Of a stretch of DNA of 64,000 nucleotides, positions 47,246-60,736 are shown one piece after another; the first letter of the stretch is position 1; each line of letters opens with the position of its first letter. Location: assembly GCF_036321535.1 (NCBI RefSeq), contig NC_087436.1, forward strand, positions 20,214,001 to 20,278,000, given 5' to 3'. Source of the stretch: Camelus dromedarius. Taxonomy: Eukaryota. The notes under the pieces were generated by a model that worked only from the letters and a program-made list of their open reading frames with translations, was not told the origin of the DNA and did not search any database. The position numbers were made by a program, and so were the translations under genes.

Positions 47246-50200
47246 CAATAATAAATCTCCAGTTTCTAAATAAGAATGTTGAGTTATCTTTCCTTCACCT
47301 ACTGGCTTCCTCAAAAAGAGATCTTCCTTTGAATAGTTTTAATGGCCTTCTTGAGATTTTTGCTTCCTGAGATGTAAGAACACATTCAAATGACTTCCAA
47401 GGGTTCACAGCTCTCTATGATGAAAACTGAGTTTCCTCTATCTTGTTCCTTGCCTCTTACGTTACTTTCATTTTTGCAAACTCAATTTCTTCCCAAATCA
47501 CTGGAATGGTACCTTCTAGCTCAGTCTGGATAGACTATCCATCTTTATCTCTTCTTGTTTGGTTACGTGACACCTGGATGTGCATCCAGGACTTCAATTT
47601 CCGTGCCACACACATTCTCTCTTTGACCCTGGCCAATCTTTTTGCTTTCTTGTCCTTGTTTGTAGAAAGTCAGCAGTGATCACTGCATCTTAGAACACTC
47701 AAGGCCCAGACAATTTATTTTTAAAGTGTTGGAAATGTCCTTGACAAAAATTGGATAAAATGTGAAGTATTAATTAACATTTCATTGCTTCAAAATAAGG
47801 TAAAGTTTGCTGATATATTAATCTAAACTTGTATGAATAATTCACTAGTCTATAGACTTTCCACCAATCCACTCTGCTTGTTCAAGGCAGAAAGTATGCT
47901 GGCCAGCACAGTTTGACCTGGGTTATGGCTGAAGGCATAAAATGGAGCATCTCAAGAGTACTGGTCTTTGTTAATATATTTTCTCAACTGCTGCCTAAGT
48001 TGATTTTCATTTGGTCTAATTTTTTTCAGGTCCTGGACTGGAATCTAAGGCTGCAATTTTAACTCATTTACAATCAAGCAAACTCAAAAAAAAAAAAAAG
48101 ACTTTAGAAACTCCAATATTTCTCTAGGTTTTTTCAGCAATGTTTAAGAAAAAAGAGCAAACAAACATGCCTATGGGTGCCCGTCCTGTGGTCACGGCTA
48201 GTGGATCTGAAGCTTGGAGACAGAGATCAATCTGGCTTCTTGGAGACAAAATAAAATGTTGGTACTATGGTGTGATAATTTAGTACTTTTGTGTGTGTGT
48301 GAAATCACACAACTTTGGCTTCTGACCTTCAGTTTGTTTATAAAAGAATAACACAAGTTAGGTGGGTTTTCTAAGATATGAAAAGAAGATTGAACTCTTC
48401 CAGGCCTTACTATAATAAATACAGAGTCTGCATAAAGGTACATGATAACAATTCTTTTCGATTCAGGAGAACATGTCTACCTGTCTTTTGTTCAGAGTGG
48501 ATATACTTGCCTCTGACATCCTTTGGACTCATGATTGGTGTTTGAAAAACTTCACTTAAAGGGTGGGCAAGAAAGCTCCCTGGAGGAATTGGCAACATGA
48601 CAAATTGGCTGTTGCGTGCCCTTTGGCTCGTGTAGGGGCTGTGATGAGGTGGCAGGGGAGCTGGAGCCGAGTCAGAAGGTCGACACCACTTAGCTGGACC
48701 ACATGCCAGCTCTGCCATCTCCAGCCAGTCCACCCTCAGCCTCAATTTCCATGTCCAGAAAACGGAAAAATTCTCAAAGATGTTGCTCCCTCTCTTCTGG
48801 TCTTTGTTCAGTTGGTATAGTCCCCATAACTGTCACTTCCTCTAAATCCTCCCTGCTTGAGAACCGCTGATTTATGGGAACCCAGCACGGGGAGGGGCTG
48901 CCTAATGGAAACTATGGATTTAACTAGAGGAAGGCAGTCTTTGGGGGATAAATATCCAGCATTTCTCTTCTCTTACCCTTTCATCTCTTATTTGTGTCTC
49001 TCATTGGCCAAACCCCACTAGAGGCTGGAGAATAAGGGAGCCCGAGTGAGGCAGACCATGGAAATGAGAACTCCCGGGGTACAGAGCAGCGCGGACAAGG
49101 ATGGAAAGTGTGTCTGCAGGACGAACAGGGACTACCCGACTCAGCGTGTGAGGAGTTTGGACCTCATGCTATAAGCCACGCAGAATCTCGCGCGCAGAAT
49201 TTTTTTGAGTTTTGCTGAGTAAACATTCTTCCACCAGTTTTACAGTGATCGGCTTCTCTCTTTAAGGGAGCAGAAGACTTTATGCTGTTTCACCCCATGC
49301 TTGAGTTACCATCGTTCTAATATTGGTGACGCATTAAGAAATTGAATCATAGGTAAATTCCATCTCCTGTTTAATAATCACATTTCCCCCAAGAAATGGG
49401 ATGTAATTACTCCTGATAATAACAGTCCCTTTAGAAATGGGATTATCTCAAAGACGACCTGGACTGTATGAGTTGGAACCACGAGGATGTTTTTTCTACT
49501 ATCAGTGGTATCGTGGGGATTCTGTATAGTATGGGCTTGTGAGTGTCAGCTCGGGCAAGGTTACGTAAGTTCATTAAGCGCTTATCCTGAACGCAGGCAG
49601 CAGGAGACCGTGCGGAAATGGAAAAGAGCCCATGGGCTGGGTGTCAGAAACAGTGGCCGTGTCTCGTGGCCCAAGGGTTATGACTACGCTCCTAGTCGGC
49701 TCTGTGAAACGGGGCTAATTTGTGTACTTGCACGGCTGTAAAATGTGGGTGTTAAACTGGCCGCCAAAGTCCCTTCGCTAACAAATAGTGGAAATTCTGC
49801 AAAGGGTGGGAGGCTTCTGGGTTTGGGGGCTTTGTTTTTCCTCTCTCTTTTTAGAGTCTGCCAGCCTGCAAAAGCCCGGATGCAACAGCCTAAAGCACAT
49901 TTACAAATCGGCCACACTTCATTTCTAACTTTGCCAAAGGACTGATGCACTGATGACTAGGACCCCAGAGGATTCCAAATTATACACAATCACATCAAAC
50001 TGAGGAGCCTGGAAAGCAGATTCTTGACAAATAAGGCAAAATTGAGTGTGTTTGATGGAGCTTATGCAAGCACAGTGTTCTTTGTGTGCTTGGAAGCTGA
50101 GTTTAGTCTTTTGCATTGTCTTCATTGTGAATGAAGACTGCTAGCATCTTGGAAAATGTTACAATAGCACATGTTAACTATGGTAGGATAGTGCAATGTC

Positions 50201-50594
50201 ACAAATGGATTTTTGGATTTCTTACTGTAACTGTTAGAGATCTTAAAGTCCTGGAATATTAGAATTCCCATATTCCCTCCTTCTCCTATCCCCCAATATA
50301 ATTTGCTAATATTTTGTTGAGGATTTTTGCATCTATGTTAATGAGAGATATTGGTCTGCAGTTTTTCTTCTCACTGTATTTATCTGGTTTGGTATTAGGA
50401 TAATGCTAGCTTTATCTTAGAATGACTTAAGAAGTTTTCCCCTCATTTCTATTTTCTGGAAGTGACTGTAGAGAATTGATATTAGTTCTTCCTTAAATAT
50501 TGGGCAGAATTCACTAGTGACACTATCTGAGGCTGGTGCCTTCTTTTTTCAAGGGTATAAATTACTGACTCAATTTCTTCAGCCGTTACAGACT

Positions 50595-51278
50595 GTGATA
50601 GTTAATTTCATGTGTGTACTTGGCCAGGCTGTGGGAGTGCCCAGATATTTGGTCAAACATTCTTCTTTTTTTTTTTTTTTTTTACCTTTTATTTTATTTA
50701 ACATTTTTATTGATTTATAATCATTTTACAATGTTGTGTCAAATTCCAGTGTAGAGCACAATTTTTCAGTTATACATGAACATACATATATTCATTGTCA
50801 CATTTTTTTCTCTGTGAGCTACCGTAAGATCTTGTATATATTTCCCTGTGCTGTATGGCATAATCTTGTTTATCTATTCAAACATTCTTCTTGATGTTTC
50901 TGGATGAGTTTAACATTTAAATCTGTGGACTCTGAGAAGAGTAGGTTTCGCTTCATAATGTGAGTGGGCCTTATCCAAGCAAATGAAGGCTTGAATAGAC
51001 AAAAAGATCAAGCTTTCCCTGAGCCAGAGAAAATTCTCCAGCATACTGCCTGCAGACCTTATCTGCAATACTGGGTCTTTCTGGCCCTACAGCAGACAGC
51101 CTTAGGGCTGGGACTGGAGCATGGACTCTCCTGGGTCTCCAGCCTGCTGGCCTACCCTGGTGATTTGAATTTGCCAATCTCCATAATCATGTGAACAAAT
51201 GCCTTATAATTAATCTCATATATTTACGACATTATACATATATATTTCCTTGGCTGTTTCTCCTGGAGAAACCTACTA
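50595..51278 (+). mobile_element. MLT2 (ERVL) solo LTR
   Basis: tgtgatagttaatttcatgtg...cccagatatttggtcaaacatt ... gtttctcctggagaaacc. Confidence 0.88.
50668..50877 (-). mobile_element. Very young L1 3' tail variant
   Basis: Perfect 15-bp TSD tcaaacattcttctt at 50653-50667 and 50878-50892. Confidence 0.95.
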
Positions 51279-53741
51279 TGTGAGCTTATTCAGATGATCT
51301 CTTTCTCCCTGTGCTGATTTTGGTGGTTGGTATCTTTCAAGGGCACTTACATTTCATTTAAGTGATCAAACTGGTGGGCAGAGAATTGTTAATAGTATTC
51401 CTGAGATATTGTTTTAATGTCCATAGGCTCAGTAGTAACGACCCCTTTCATTTCTGATATTATTCATTTGTCTTTTCTTTTTTTTTCTTGGTTAGCCTCA
51501 CTCCAAGTTTATCAAATTTATTGATCTTTCCAAAGAATCAAGTTTTGATTTCTCGGTTGATTTCCTGTTCTGAATTTCATCGATTCCTGCTTTAACATTT
51601 ATATTTCTTTTCTTCTACTTGCTTTAGCCTTAAACTTCTCTTCTTTTCCCCTAGTTTCCTAAGATGGAAGCTTAGATGATTGACTTTAGGTCTTTCTTCA
51701 GTGCTATATATTTCCCTCTGATTATTGCTTTCACTGCATCCCACAAATTTTGATGTTATGCTTTTAATTTTTGTTTAGTACAAAATATGAGCCTCCATTG
51801 GTGAATGTTCTACATGAACCACCAGCTCAATTGTAATAAAAAAATTAAAACAGGTTCAAAGTGAATTTACAAAATTAATGTGGTAAAAAGGAAGTTGAAA
51901 CAAGACCAGGTAAGGACTGACAAGATTCAGGATGCTCTTGCTGCATCTGTCTACAGTGATAAAACACATTTCCAGGTTTGATTCAAGTACCATATACACC
52001 CAACCACGTCAACAGTCTTCTGAAATATTGTTAATTCACTTTTTTCTTAGGGGAGGTGTCTGAATCAGAGATCCTGAAAGAAGGGGCAACTGCATTCAAT
52101 TCTTTAACCTTTCAGTTTTCGCCTGGCTTTGCATCGTTCAGGTTGCAACTAATTCTGCACAGTGTTTATCAGGCCCACAGGGATGAACGTTAAATGTCAC
52201 TTTTTACCTCTGAGCTCCATACGCATGCACCACACACCAAAATAAACATCAAGGGCTGCTAACCTGTCAATAAAAAAGCAACCTGTTTTGTTATTGTTTT
52301 GTTGTTGATTGTTTATTTTTTTGGCTGGCAGTGTCACCTGGTAAATGTCTAGTATATTACCACTACTCACATCTCCAATGACAGTTTTGCCACTAGGATG
52401 ATGAAAATGGTGATTCACTTGTCATCGTAACATAGGTAAAGGCTGACCTGTCTTCTCCAGGACTTCTTGTCCTAAGTGGATTCCAGTCTTTCAGACAGAG
52501 AAAATTCCAGCAGGAGTAATCCAACCTCCAGCTCCCTCTGTGGCTGGGCCAGCTTCCAGCGGGTTTGGCTGCTCTCCTGGCTGAGCCTTCTATCTCCAAG
52601 GTCTCTAAGCAGACTGGCTGGGGCCTTCAACCATGCAGCTTCGGCACGGGGAAAACTGAGTTATAAGTGCTTAGTGTGGGTTCAGCCAGAGATCCCACAA
52701 AATGGATTCAGGGTTTGTTTGAAAAGACTTCTTCAAACAGAAAAGGCCTTTTGAATCTGCTGGAAGATTCTTTTTTAGCAGCTCCTGGCTGCAGCTGTGC
52801 GTGAGTGGAAGGGCATCACACAGATACAATGTGTCTCTCAGCTGTGCCAAATGTCCCCCTTTGCTTAGAAATTAAAAGCTGCTCCTGGGCTTGGGTCATT
52901 AAACGACTTGGCTTGGATTGTCCCGGGGATGAGGAGGCCAGTGCAGTTGTGGATCTGCATCTAAGTCTCGGCCCCTGGGCTGACCAACTGGACAGCGTTG
53001 TAGCCACGGAGTGAGAGGTGAGAGGTCAACTTGCCCTGGATCTCCTCCCAACCTGGGCACTGAGAAAGCTTAACAGCTTTCTCCAAGGGAAACCTCTGTT
53101 CTGAGGAGCCAAGACAGCAAGAACTCTCTTTGGGAGGAAAAATTAAGTGCACTGAGGTAGGTCACCTGGGATATATGAAAGATGTAATTTTTGGAATAAA
53201 AGAAGATCCAGGTAAACAAGAGAACAGTCATTTTCAAGCATCCCTAGGAAATGTTCTCCCTTCTTCTCAGTCTCCTCTATCACCAAATCCCTGGCACTGC
53301 CAATCAGAGGAGAATTTGCAGAAGGACTGGTAGGTGACTTGACGTTGGCTCCACTTTGTTCTGCTTTTCTAAGAACCCAGAGTAACAGCCGCAGGCAGGC
53401 AGCAGGTGTGCTGGAACGGACCGAGTGTTCCGGGGTCTAGTTCAGACTCTGAGCTCACAGCCTTCTTTGGGCTCAGTTTCTTTGCCTCTAAAATTGATCA
53501 TGGTTTCCAAACCTTATTATGAGATAGAATCCAATATTTTGCACTGTATAGAGCTGGGGGTTTATGGAATATGTTCATATACATTGAAGCCTTATAACAC
53601 ATAAGGAAGGTATTATTATCTTTATATCATAAGAATGAAAACTGAGGAGAAACTATGTATCTTCCCCAGTTTAGACCACTGGGTTCCATCAGTGCAGGCT
53701 TTTCTTTTCTTTCTTTTTTTGGGGGCGTGAGAGGTGGAGGT

Positions 53742-54300
53742 TTGTTTTTTATTGTGATAAAATATACAAGACACAGAATGTACAATTATTTTTGAGTGTA
53801 CAGTTCAGTGGTATTAAGCAAATTCACATTGTTCTGAAATTATCATCCATCTCCAGAACTTCTTCATCTTCCCCAACTGAAACTTTAAGCTATTAAACTA
53901 ACTCTGCATCTCTTCATCCCCTAACCCTGACAACCACATTCTACTTTCTGTCTCCATGAATTCGACTACTCTATAAATGGAATCATGCAATATTTGTCTT
54001 TTTGTGACTGGCTTATACAACTTAGCTTAATGTTCTCAAAGTTCATCCATGTTGTACCATGTGTCAGAATTTCCTCCCTTTTAATACTGAATAATATTCT
54101 ACAGTGTGTATAGACCACATTTTCTTTACCCATTCATCTGTCAATGGACACAAGTTGTTTCCACCTTTTGGCTACTGTGAATAATGGTTCTGTAAGCATG
54201 AGTGTATAACTATCTCCAAATTCTTGCTTTCACTTCTTTTGGGTATACACCCAGAAGTAGAATTGCTGGATCATATGATAATTTTTGTTTAATTTATTTG
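53742..54300 (-). mobile_element. L1MB-type ORF2 end and 3'UTR
   Basis: gtgtacagttcagtggtattaag...ttcatccatgttgta...cccagaagtagaattgctggatcatatg. Confidence 0.88.
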
Positions 54301-54652
54301 ATTTCTCCTTTTTTAATAGGTAAGTCCATTTGTTCTCTTAAAATAAAATAAAAATAATTTCCCACTTATTATTTACATGTGAAGACATATCTTCCTCTAT
54401 TTTTCTTAAATTAGCTGTGGTGTTCTTTTAATGCTTTGGTCTAGCTGAATCAATACATTGCTAGTGATAAAAAAAAAAGTACCTTGCCTTTATTTTGTGA
54501 TTTATCTCTACATGCAAAGCATCACATTGATGTTATTGCATTTACCTTGTCAAGGTCTACAAGAACAGGATTAAGGGGGGGAGGGTATTATTAACCTCAT
54601 CTTACAAATGATAGAAAAAAAATAAGGTTTAAAAAGAGTAAAAGAATTTCTT

Positions 54653-54920
54653 AGGGGGTGGGGAGGAATAAATAGGGAGTTTGGGATTTGCAGATACTAA
54701 CTACAATATATAAAATAGATAAACAAGGTCCTGCTGTACAGCACAGGGAATTGCAGTCAACACCTTGTAATGGCCTATAATGAAAAAGAATATGAAAAGG
54801 AATATTTTTATATATATATGTATATATATACACATACACACACATGAATCCGTCTGCTGTACCCCAGAAATTAACACAACATTGTAAATCGACTATACTT
54901 CAAAAAAGAAAAAAAAAAAG
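54653..54920 (+). mobile_element. Young L1 3'UTR
   Basis: Canonical tail ending gactatacttcaaaaaag + A tract. Confidence 0.92.
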
Positions 54921-56599
54921 ATTTTTTTCCGTAAGATTACAGTAGTAATAAAACTAAAACCCAACTTTCTAATTCAATTGACTGCTTACTCATATGGATC
55001 TCTATATACTTAAATGGGATATACTGTCAAATAATTCTAATTTGATTTGATATAACACTTCTTTTGTAAACTTAGAAAAGTCTCCAAAACTTTTTGCACC
55101 TGTTTCTTCATCTATTTAAAAAAAAAAAACCCAATAATATTAATAGCCTCCAAGAAGAGTTTAAAGAATAGCCAACAAAATAGCAGCAAAGTACTTCACA
55201 AAAGACAGAGCTATGGCAAATTATTAATGATTCAATTACGCAACCACTTAACAACTATTACTAAAGCAGGACCTTAAATGGGAATACTCATTAGTTCCTC
55301 TGAAATGTCAATGGGATGCTGAAAATCATTTTGAAAACATGAAAGCTTGAAAAAAAAGCCAGCTACACATGAGTATATTCTCATGACGATGTGTGTCTTC
55401 TCAAGCGGCAGGGCCTCGGCCCCTCCGGGGTGGGCTGATGGTTTGGCGGGATGTCAGAGATCTCTGCATTGCCACGCTCATGCTCTCCCTCTGCTGTCTA
55501 TGCTTCTCCATCCCTTGTGAATCTAGCTTTCAAGTCCCTGAGCAAAGTGACATCTTGCCCATCCTCACTTCTCTGCTTCCTTTCCGGGTTTGCTCCTGTC
55601 TCTGTGTCCGCGACACATGCACACTTCAGTTGGGTCATGTGTCGGTCTGTGGTCCCTCTCTCTCTCCTTCATTCTTACTCCCCTGGCGCTTGTCATGGAG
55701 CCCAGCCTACAACACATACTCAAACGTTATTTGCAAAATGGAAAGAAATCCAACGATGTGAACAAGTAAAGAAGCCCAGGGTGGTTTTCAAGGACATGCA
55801 CGTCCTTACGTTGGACACAGGAGCCTCCTTCCTGCTGTAAAAGCAGCACCCTTGTTCTCTGCTCCTTCCTGCCCCCGCCCCAAGACTGTTGACATCGCTC
55901 CACTACCCTCTGCTCTCCAATGTTATAGAAGAGAGTGGGAATGAGAAACAAGGTGCCCTGATTTGGAAAGACTGACCTCTGGTTGAAGAGGGATTTGAAT
56001 GTAATTACATGACAGTAAAAAAGAAATGGGGAGCCAACAGGTTGTCACTAAGAGAAGGAGAGATTGAAAGGGGAGAGATTTCCATTGGTGGTTGTGAATT
56101 GGGGCTGGGAGATGGGGAGTTCCTTCGGGGAAGATCACTTCCTGTGCATCTTTGTAAGTGAAGGCAAAGCATGGCCTCCACTCCGGGGTTATTGACCTAA
56201 GTTGAGACTGATACACAAATCATTATCAATAAAGAAACAACTAATTAGAGGCTAGCAAATAGATCAATTTTAATAAAATAAGAAAGTGTCAAAGTCCCAA
56301 ATGACAAGCCTGATGTCCCAATGAATCTGCCTTTGTACTTTTGAGAGGTCCTGCCATAGTGAAACAGATTTATTTTCCAAAGGATCATCCATAAATTAAT
56401 GTTTGAGAGAGGTGGTGGGTTCCCAGACCAGCACACAATGGCCGATTTTATCAGTTTAACGCTGAGCGCTGTGGCAGAAAGAACTCAGGCTTCAGAGATG
56501 ACCCGATTCACTTTGATGTGCCATTTACATTTCAGAAGAAAACCAGACTCCAACCATCGCTAAGTCCGTGATGGCACGAGGCACGAGGGGTTCCTTAGC

Positions 56600-56802
56600 C
56601 TTGGAGCTGAAGGTGCTGGTCTAATCTGCGCTGCATCAGAATTAACTAGATGTTAAAAAACAAACAAATGAACTAAAAACAAGTAAACAAAACAAAAAAA
56701 CCAATGCCAGGGCCCTACTGGATCAGAATCGCCAAGGATAAGGCCCAGGTGTGTTTAACAAGCTCCCTAATCCTGGTGCACAGCCCAGCTTGGGAACCAG
56801 TC
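56600..56802. mobile_element. MER5-type hAT MITE
   Basis: ctgcatcagaattaac...tttaacaagctccc...cagcttgggaaccagt. Confidence 0.65.
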
Positions 56803-57945
56803 GCTAACCCCCGCTATCTCTTTTCCAATTAATAGGCTTTGAGGTGAGCAAAGGAGGGGAACAGAGGAGGCAGGGTCCTGAGAAATTTGGGGAGCGGCTG
56901 AAATACAGAAGGCAAGTCTCCAGCTTTAGTGACAAGAGGGAAAGGAAGTTGCTCAGCATGTAACAGATGGGGACTTGAGTCTTAGCCAAGGTCCCAGGGC
57001 AGACGGGAGAGCTGGGATTCTAACCCAGGCCTGTCTCCTTCCCAAGCCGGTCTCTTCATCTCCTGCAAAGGTCTGCCTCCCATCTGGCTGGCAGATACAC
57101 TTCAGAGCCCACCAGCGCTATTAAACTGCGAGTTCCTAAGAATACTAAGCTAACAGTCAAGTCCAGGTGACAGAGGAAAGAGCTGGAGGCAAGGCCAGAC
57201 CGACCACGCCTAGCAAAGCCCACGGACACCAGCTCCCAAATCTTCTTTTTGGCCTCCGTGGAATGATGTCTATTCTGGATTCTTGGTTCCTCCAGCCATA
57301 AAATGAAGATAAAAAGACTGACCTATCTGCTTCATGGCACGGTCGTGAAACTTAGTTAGTTCATGCTTATCACGTCCTTTGAAGATGAAAAGCTTTGTGT
57401 AAGAGTTAAGTGTCAGTCTTCCACATTTCTTGGTTTGATCCCACAGCTCTCAAGCTCTGTGCTCTAGAAGACTCTTCCTTTTCTTCATTTTCTGTTATTT
57501 CTGACCTGGTCCAAACCAAGAACTAGTGGAATTTCTTGAGCTTTCCTAACTGCAAATGGTTTTAAGGTCAATCTACTTGCTGATCATGACTGAGGGGAGG
57601 AAGAGAGAGAAGGAGGAACAGAGTGGATCTGAACAAAATCTCCAAGCATTCAGAGGTCCGCCCTCAACCTAGAATTCTGTAGCTCTCCCAGGGTTGGCCT
57701 GATCTTGGCTTGTTGCCTTGTGCATTTATAGCCTTAGCACCCCCACCCAACCCTGGTCCTCCAACTCTCCCTCACCACGGCCCTGCCCTTCCCCCTCCAC
57801 CTCCACCCTCATGCACGAGCCCTGACGAATGTGAGCTGTTGGAAGAGGATGGAAATTCAGTTTTTTACACAGTATTTGGCAGTTTCAGCCTTGCTTTACA
57901 GAAGCATTACATGTAATGAAATCTCTACTCTTTAAAATGCAGCTC

Positions 57946-58152
57946 GGGATTTGCAGATTACACACTACTGTATATAAAATAGATAAACAACAAGGCCCTA
58001 CTGTACAGCACAGGGAACTATATTCAGTACCTTGTAATGGCCTGTAGTGAAAAGGATATGAAAAGGAATACATATATATGTATAACTGAATCACTATGCT
58101 GCACACCAGAAATTAACACCACATTGTAAATCAACTATATTTCAATTAAAAA
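57946..58152 (+). mobile_element. Young L1 3'UTR (host of nested insertion)
   Basis: Canonical tail; outer TSD aaaatgc(a/t)gctc at 57934-57945 and 58267-58278. Confidence 0.92.
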
Positions 58153-58161
58153 AAAATGCTG

Positions 58162-58264
58162 AGACAACGTTGTAAAATGACTATAACTCAAAAAAAAAGT
58201 TCAAAAAAAAAAGATTTACAGAAATAAGAGCAGAATTAAAGAAGCCAATTAACGCTAAAAAAAA
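58162..58264 (+). mobile_element. Nested L1 terminus with 3' transduction and second poly(A)
   Basis: acaacgttgtaaaatgactataactca L1 end, A tract, 44-nt unique tag with ATTAAA, A14; inner TSD aaaaaatgctg at 58151-58161 and 58265-58275. Confidence 0.8.
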
Positions 58265-59639
58265 AAAAAATGCTGCTCCTTAACTTACCCTTTGCAAAAG
58301 ATAGTGTTAGACCATGAAAGAGAGGATAGTTTTTGATCCTTCAGAAGTAATCAAATTAAATGCTACTTTCAAGATAGTAGTAACAATATTACTGTCCTAA
58401 AACAAACAAACAAAAAACATTTTTTAAAAAAGCAACCAATTCTGGTAAGGCAACTCCTCTTTCAAGAAACAGAACTCAAAGCCAAACTGTTGAATTTGAA
58501 GACTTGAAAGCCTTGGTTACTGTTCTGGCTGGACTTCAGCCTCAATTCTCTTCAGCAGAATAACTCCTCTGTGTACACACCAGCCCTCTGCTAAGTTGAG
58601 AAGCGGGTGCAGTTGGTCTTTGGCATCTGAGAGGCCAGCAGCACACCTCCTATTGTATTCCCTCTGTCCCTCCACTCCTGTCGGGGACACATGGGAATTG
58701 TCCTAGAGATTTCCTGTTTGTTCTCCATTTCCACCTGCCCCCACCTCTCCATCCTTCTCCAACCTGCATGAGTTGGTAGGAGGAGAGAGGAGAGCAGGGG
58801 TGAGGTGCTGAGGTCTGAGGGTGGCCACCAGGCAACCCCACAGACAGGTCAAGAGGTCAAGGGCTGGAAAATGACAGGTGAATTGCATGGTGGTCCCAGG
58901 TCTGCCAGAGAAAAGGGGGGGGCTTCCTCTTCAGTCCCAGCAGTTTTACACACACGTGTATACTATGTGTGTTTACGTACGCATAGGTAGGTGTGCACGT
59001 GTAGGCACGCTCTCAAGACTTATTGGGTGCCGTGTGTGTGATCTGTGCGCCCGGCCTGAGCTGGAGTCGCAGCTGAGAGGATGGAAGAAGTTGTACCTGA
59101 CCGGGTCCTGGGGCTTCAGCAACATAAAGGCAGTGGATCTGCCACACTTCTCTTATTTTGTGGGAGATCAATGGCTGGCATGGTGGAACAAGGGAAAAAT
59201 ACAAGAAAGAGAAGATTAATGGTCAGGGTGTTGACAGCATCTGCTCAGCCAGGAGCCACCCCTGGAACGTCCCTACCTGTTTCTGTGAGATCCATTCATA
59301 GCAAGTCCTCTTTGGGAACCTTCTGGAATACGGCCACGAGAAAACTCTCTTCCAGATGCTTTTCAGAGTGTCCATGAAACCGTCTGCAGAGGGACATTCT
59401 TTAGGAGCAGAATGATTAACCTGAAGTGAGTCTGTTCCGGATGCTGCTAGGAAAGATTCCATCCCCCCTTCCCAGGCTCTGGGGTCCCGCTCAGACCCCC
59501 ACAGGCCACGTCCCTCCACCTCTGCGGCCTGAGAGTCAGTGATCCCAGCAACTCAGGTGTGGGGGTGAGACGTCCTCGTTGACAAATGAACTCCTTTCTG
59601 ATGATGCTTACATTTTACACTTTAAGAACAGAATTGGGG

Positions 59640-59986
59640 CCTCACTCCTGGGGCTACATGGAGGTGGCATGGGGCCGGGAACCTGTGCCTGGCTGACCTT
59701 GAACTTGGGGTGCTGTTCTCTGGGGTCCACCGCTGTTTTCCTGCCGAGGCGAAGCTGCCACGGATGCTCCTAGCCAACCACCGGCGGATCTGGACTCAGG
59801 GCTCCCCAGGCTGCGAGGCTAAGACCCTCCCATTGACCTTCCCCTCTCGCCTTCACCCAGGGGGCGACTGGCATTGCGATCTGACACCTCCCCCAGCCTC
59901 TCCCCATTTTCTCTCCTTAAAAAAAAAATACTTGCGTGTTTGATACTGTCTTGGTGTCTGCTTCCCAGAAGACCTGGTCTAACACA
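59640..59986 (+). mobile_element. LTR16-type ERVL LTR relic
   Basis: Ends aaatacttgcgtgtttgatactgtcttggtgtctgcttcccagaagacctggtctaacaca, similar to the 43260-43323 end. Confidence 0.7.
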
Positions 59987-60736
59987 TGTTGTATTTAAGA
60001 AGATAAGCGTTAAAACAGATTAGAATTGATCCTATCTCCTTAAAATATTAAAGAGATCCAAGTTTGATGTGACCAATCTGCATGAAAAAAAGTCGTTTAC
60101 ACTGAACCCATTTAACCAAAATTCATTTAACCAAAGTGATCAAAAACATTTTTTAAATCTTCATTTCAACATTAATTATAGAACATGTCATCAACAGTGA
60201 TACGATGAAAGAATTTAGAATGGATTATTGAGTTGTCAAAAAACCTGTACCAAAAGTGGTGTAATGAATACAGACAGTTCATTAGAATGCTAATGGTGAT
60301 GATGAAGACAGTGTCTTTTCTTACTATCCACCTGGCATTATTCTAAGTACTTTATAGATATAATATAGATTATGCGTTATGTATTATATATAATAATATA
60401 TATCAACTTCTTTATCTTGTTGGTGGGTAGAAACATTATACAGATTAGCTTCTCATTTTTTCCAGGATGATGCATCTCCACATTAATGCAGTAAGTTAGT
60501 ACATGGTAAGTATGTACATATGCCTACAAGTGACCTTTTACTGAAGTTCTAATGCCTGTGAGATGAACTGAATGAAAATGAAAGCATAAGGATTTTTATA
60601 TACACGAGAGAATGGTACAGAACACAGTGCTGGCATACGGTTTATTTGATGAATAAGATCTCCCAATGAAATGAACCGTTATTAAAATAAGCATCTTTTC
60701 CCTATCATTAGAACCAGAAAAATCTATCCTCTAAGA

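Larger units (their letters stand above)
50296..51790 (-). mobile_element. Old L1M ORF2 segment hosting MLT2 and a young L1
   Basis: tttgctaatattttgttgaggatttttgcatctatg...ttgatctttccaaagaatcaagtttt...tgcatcccacaaattttgat. Confidence 0.88.
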
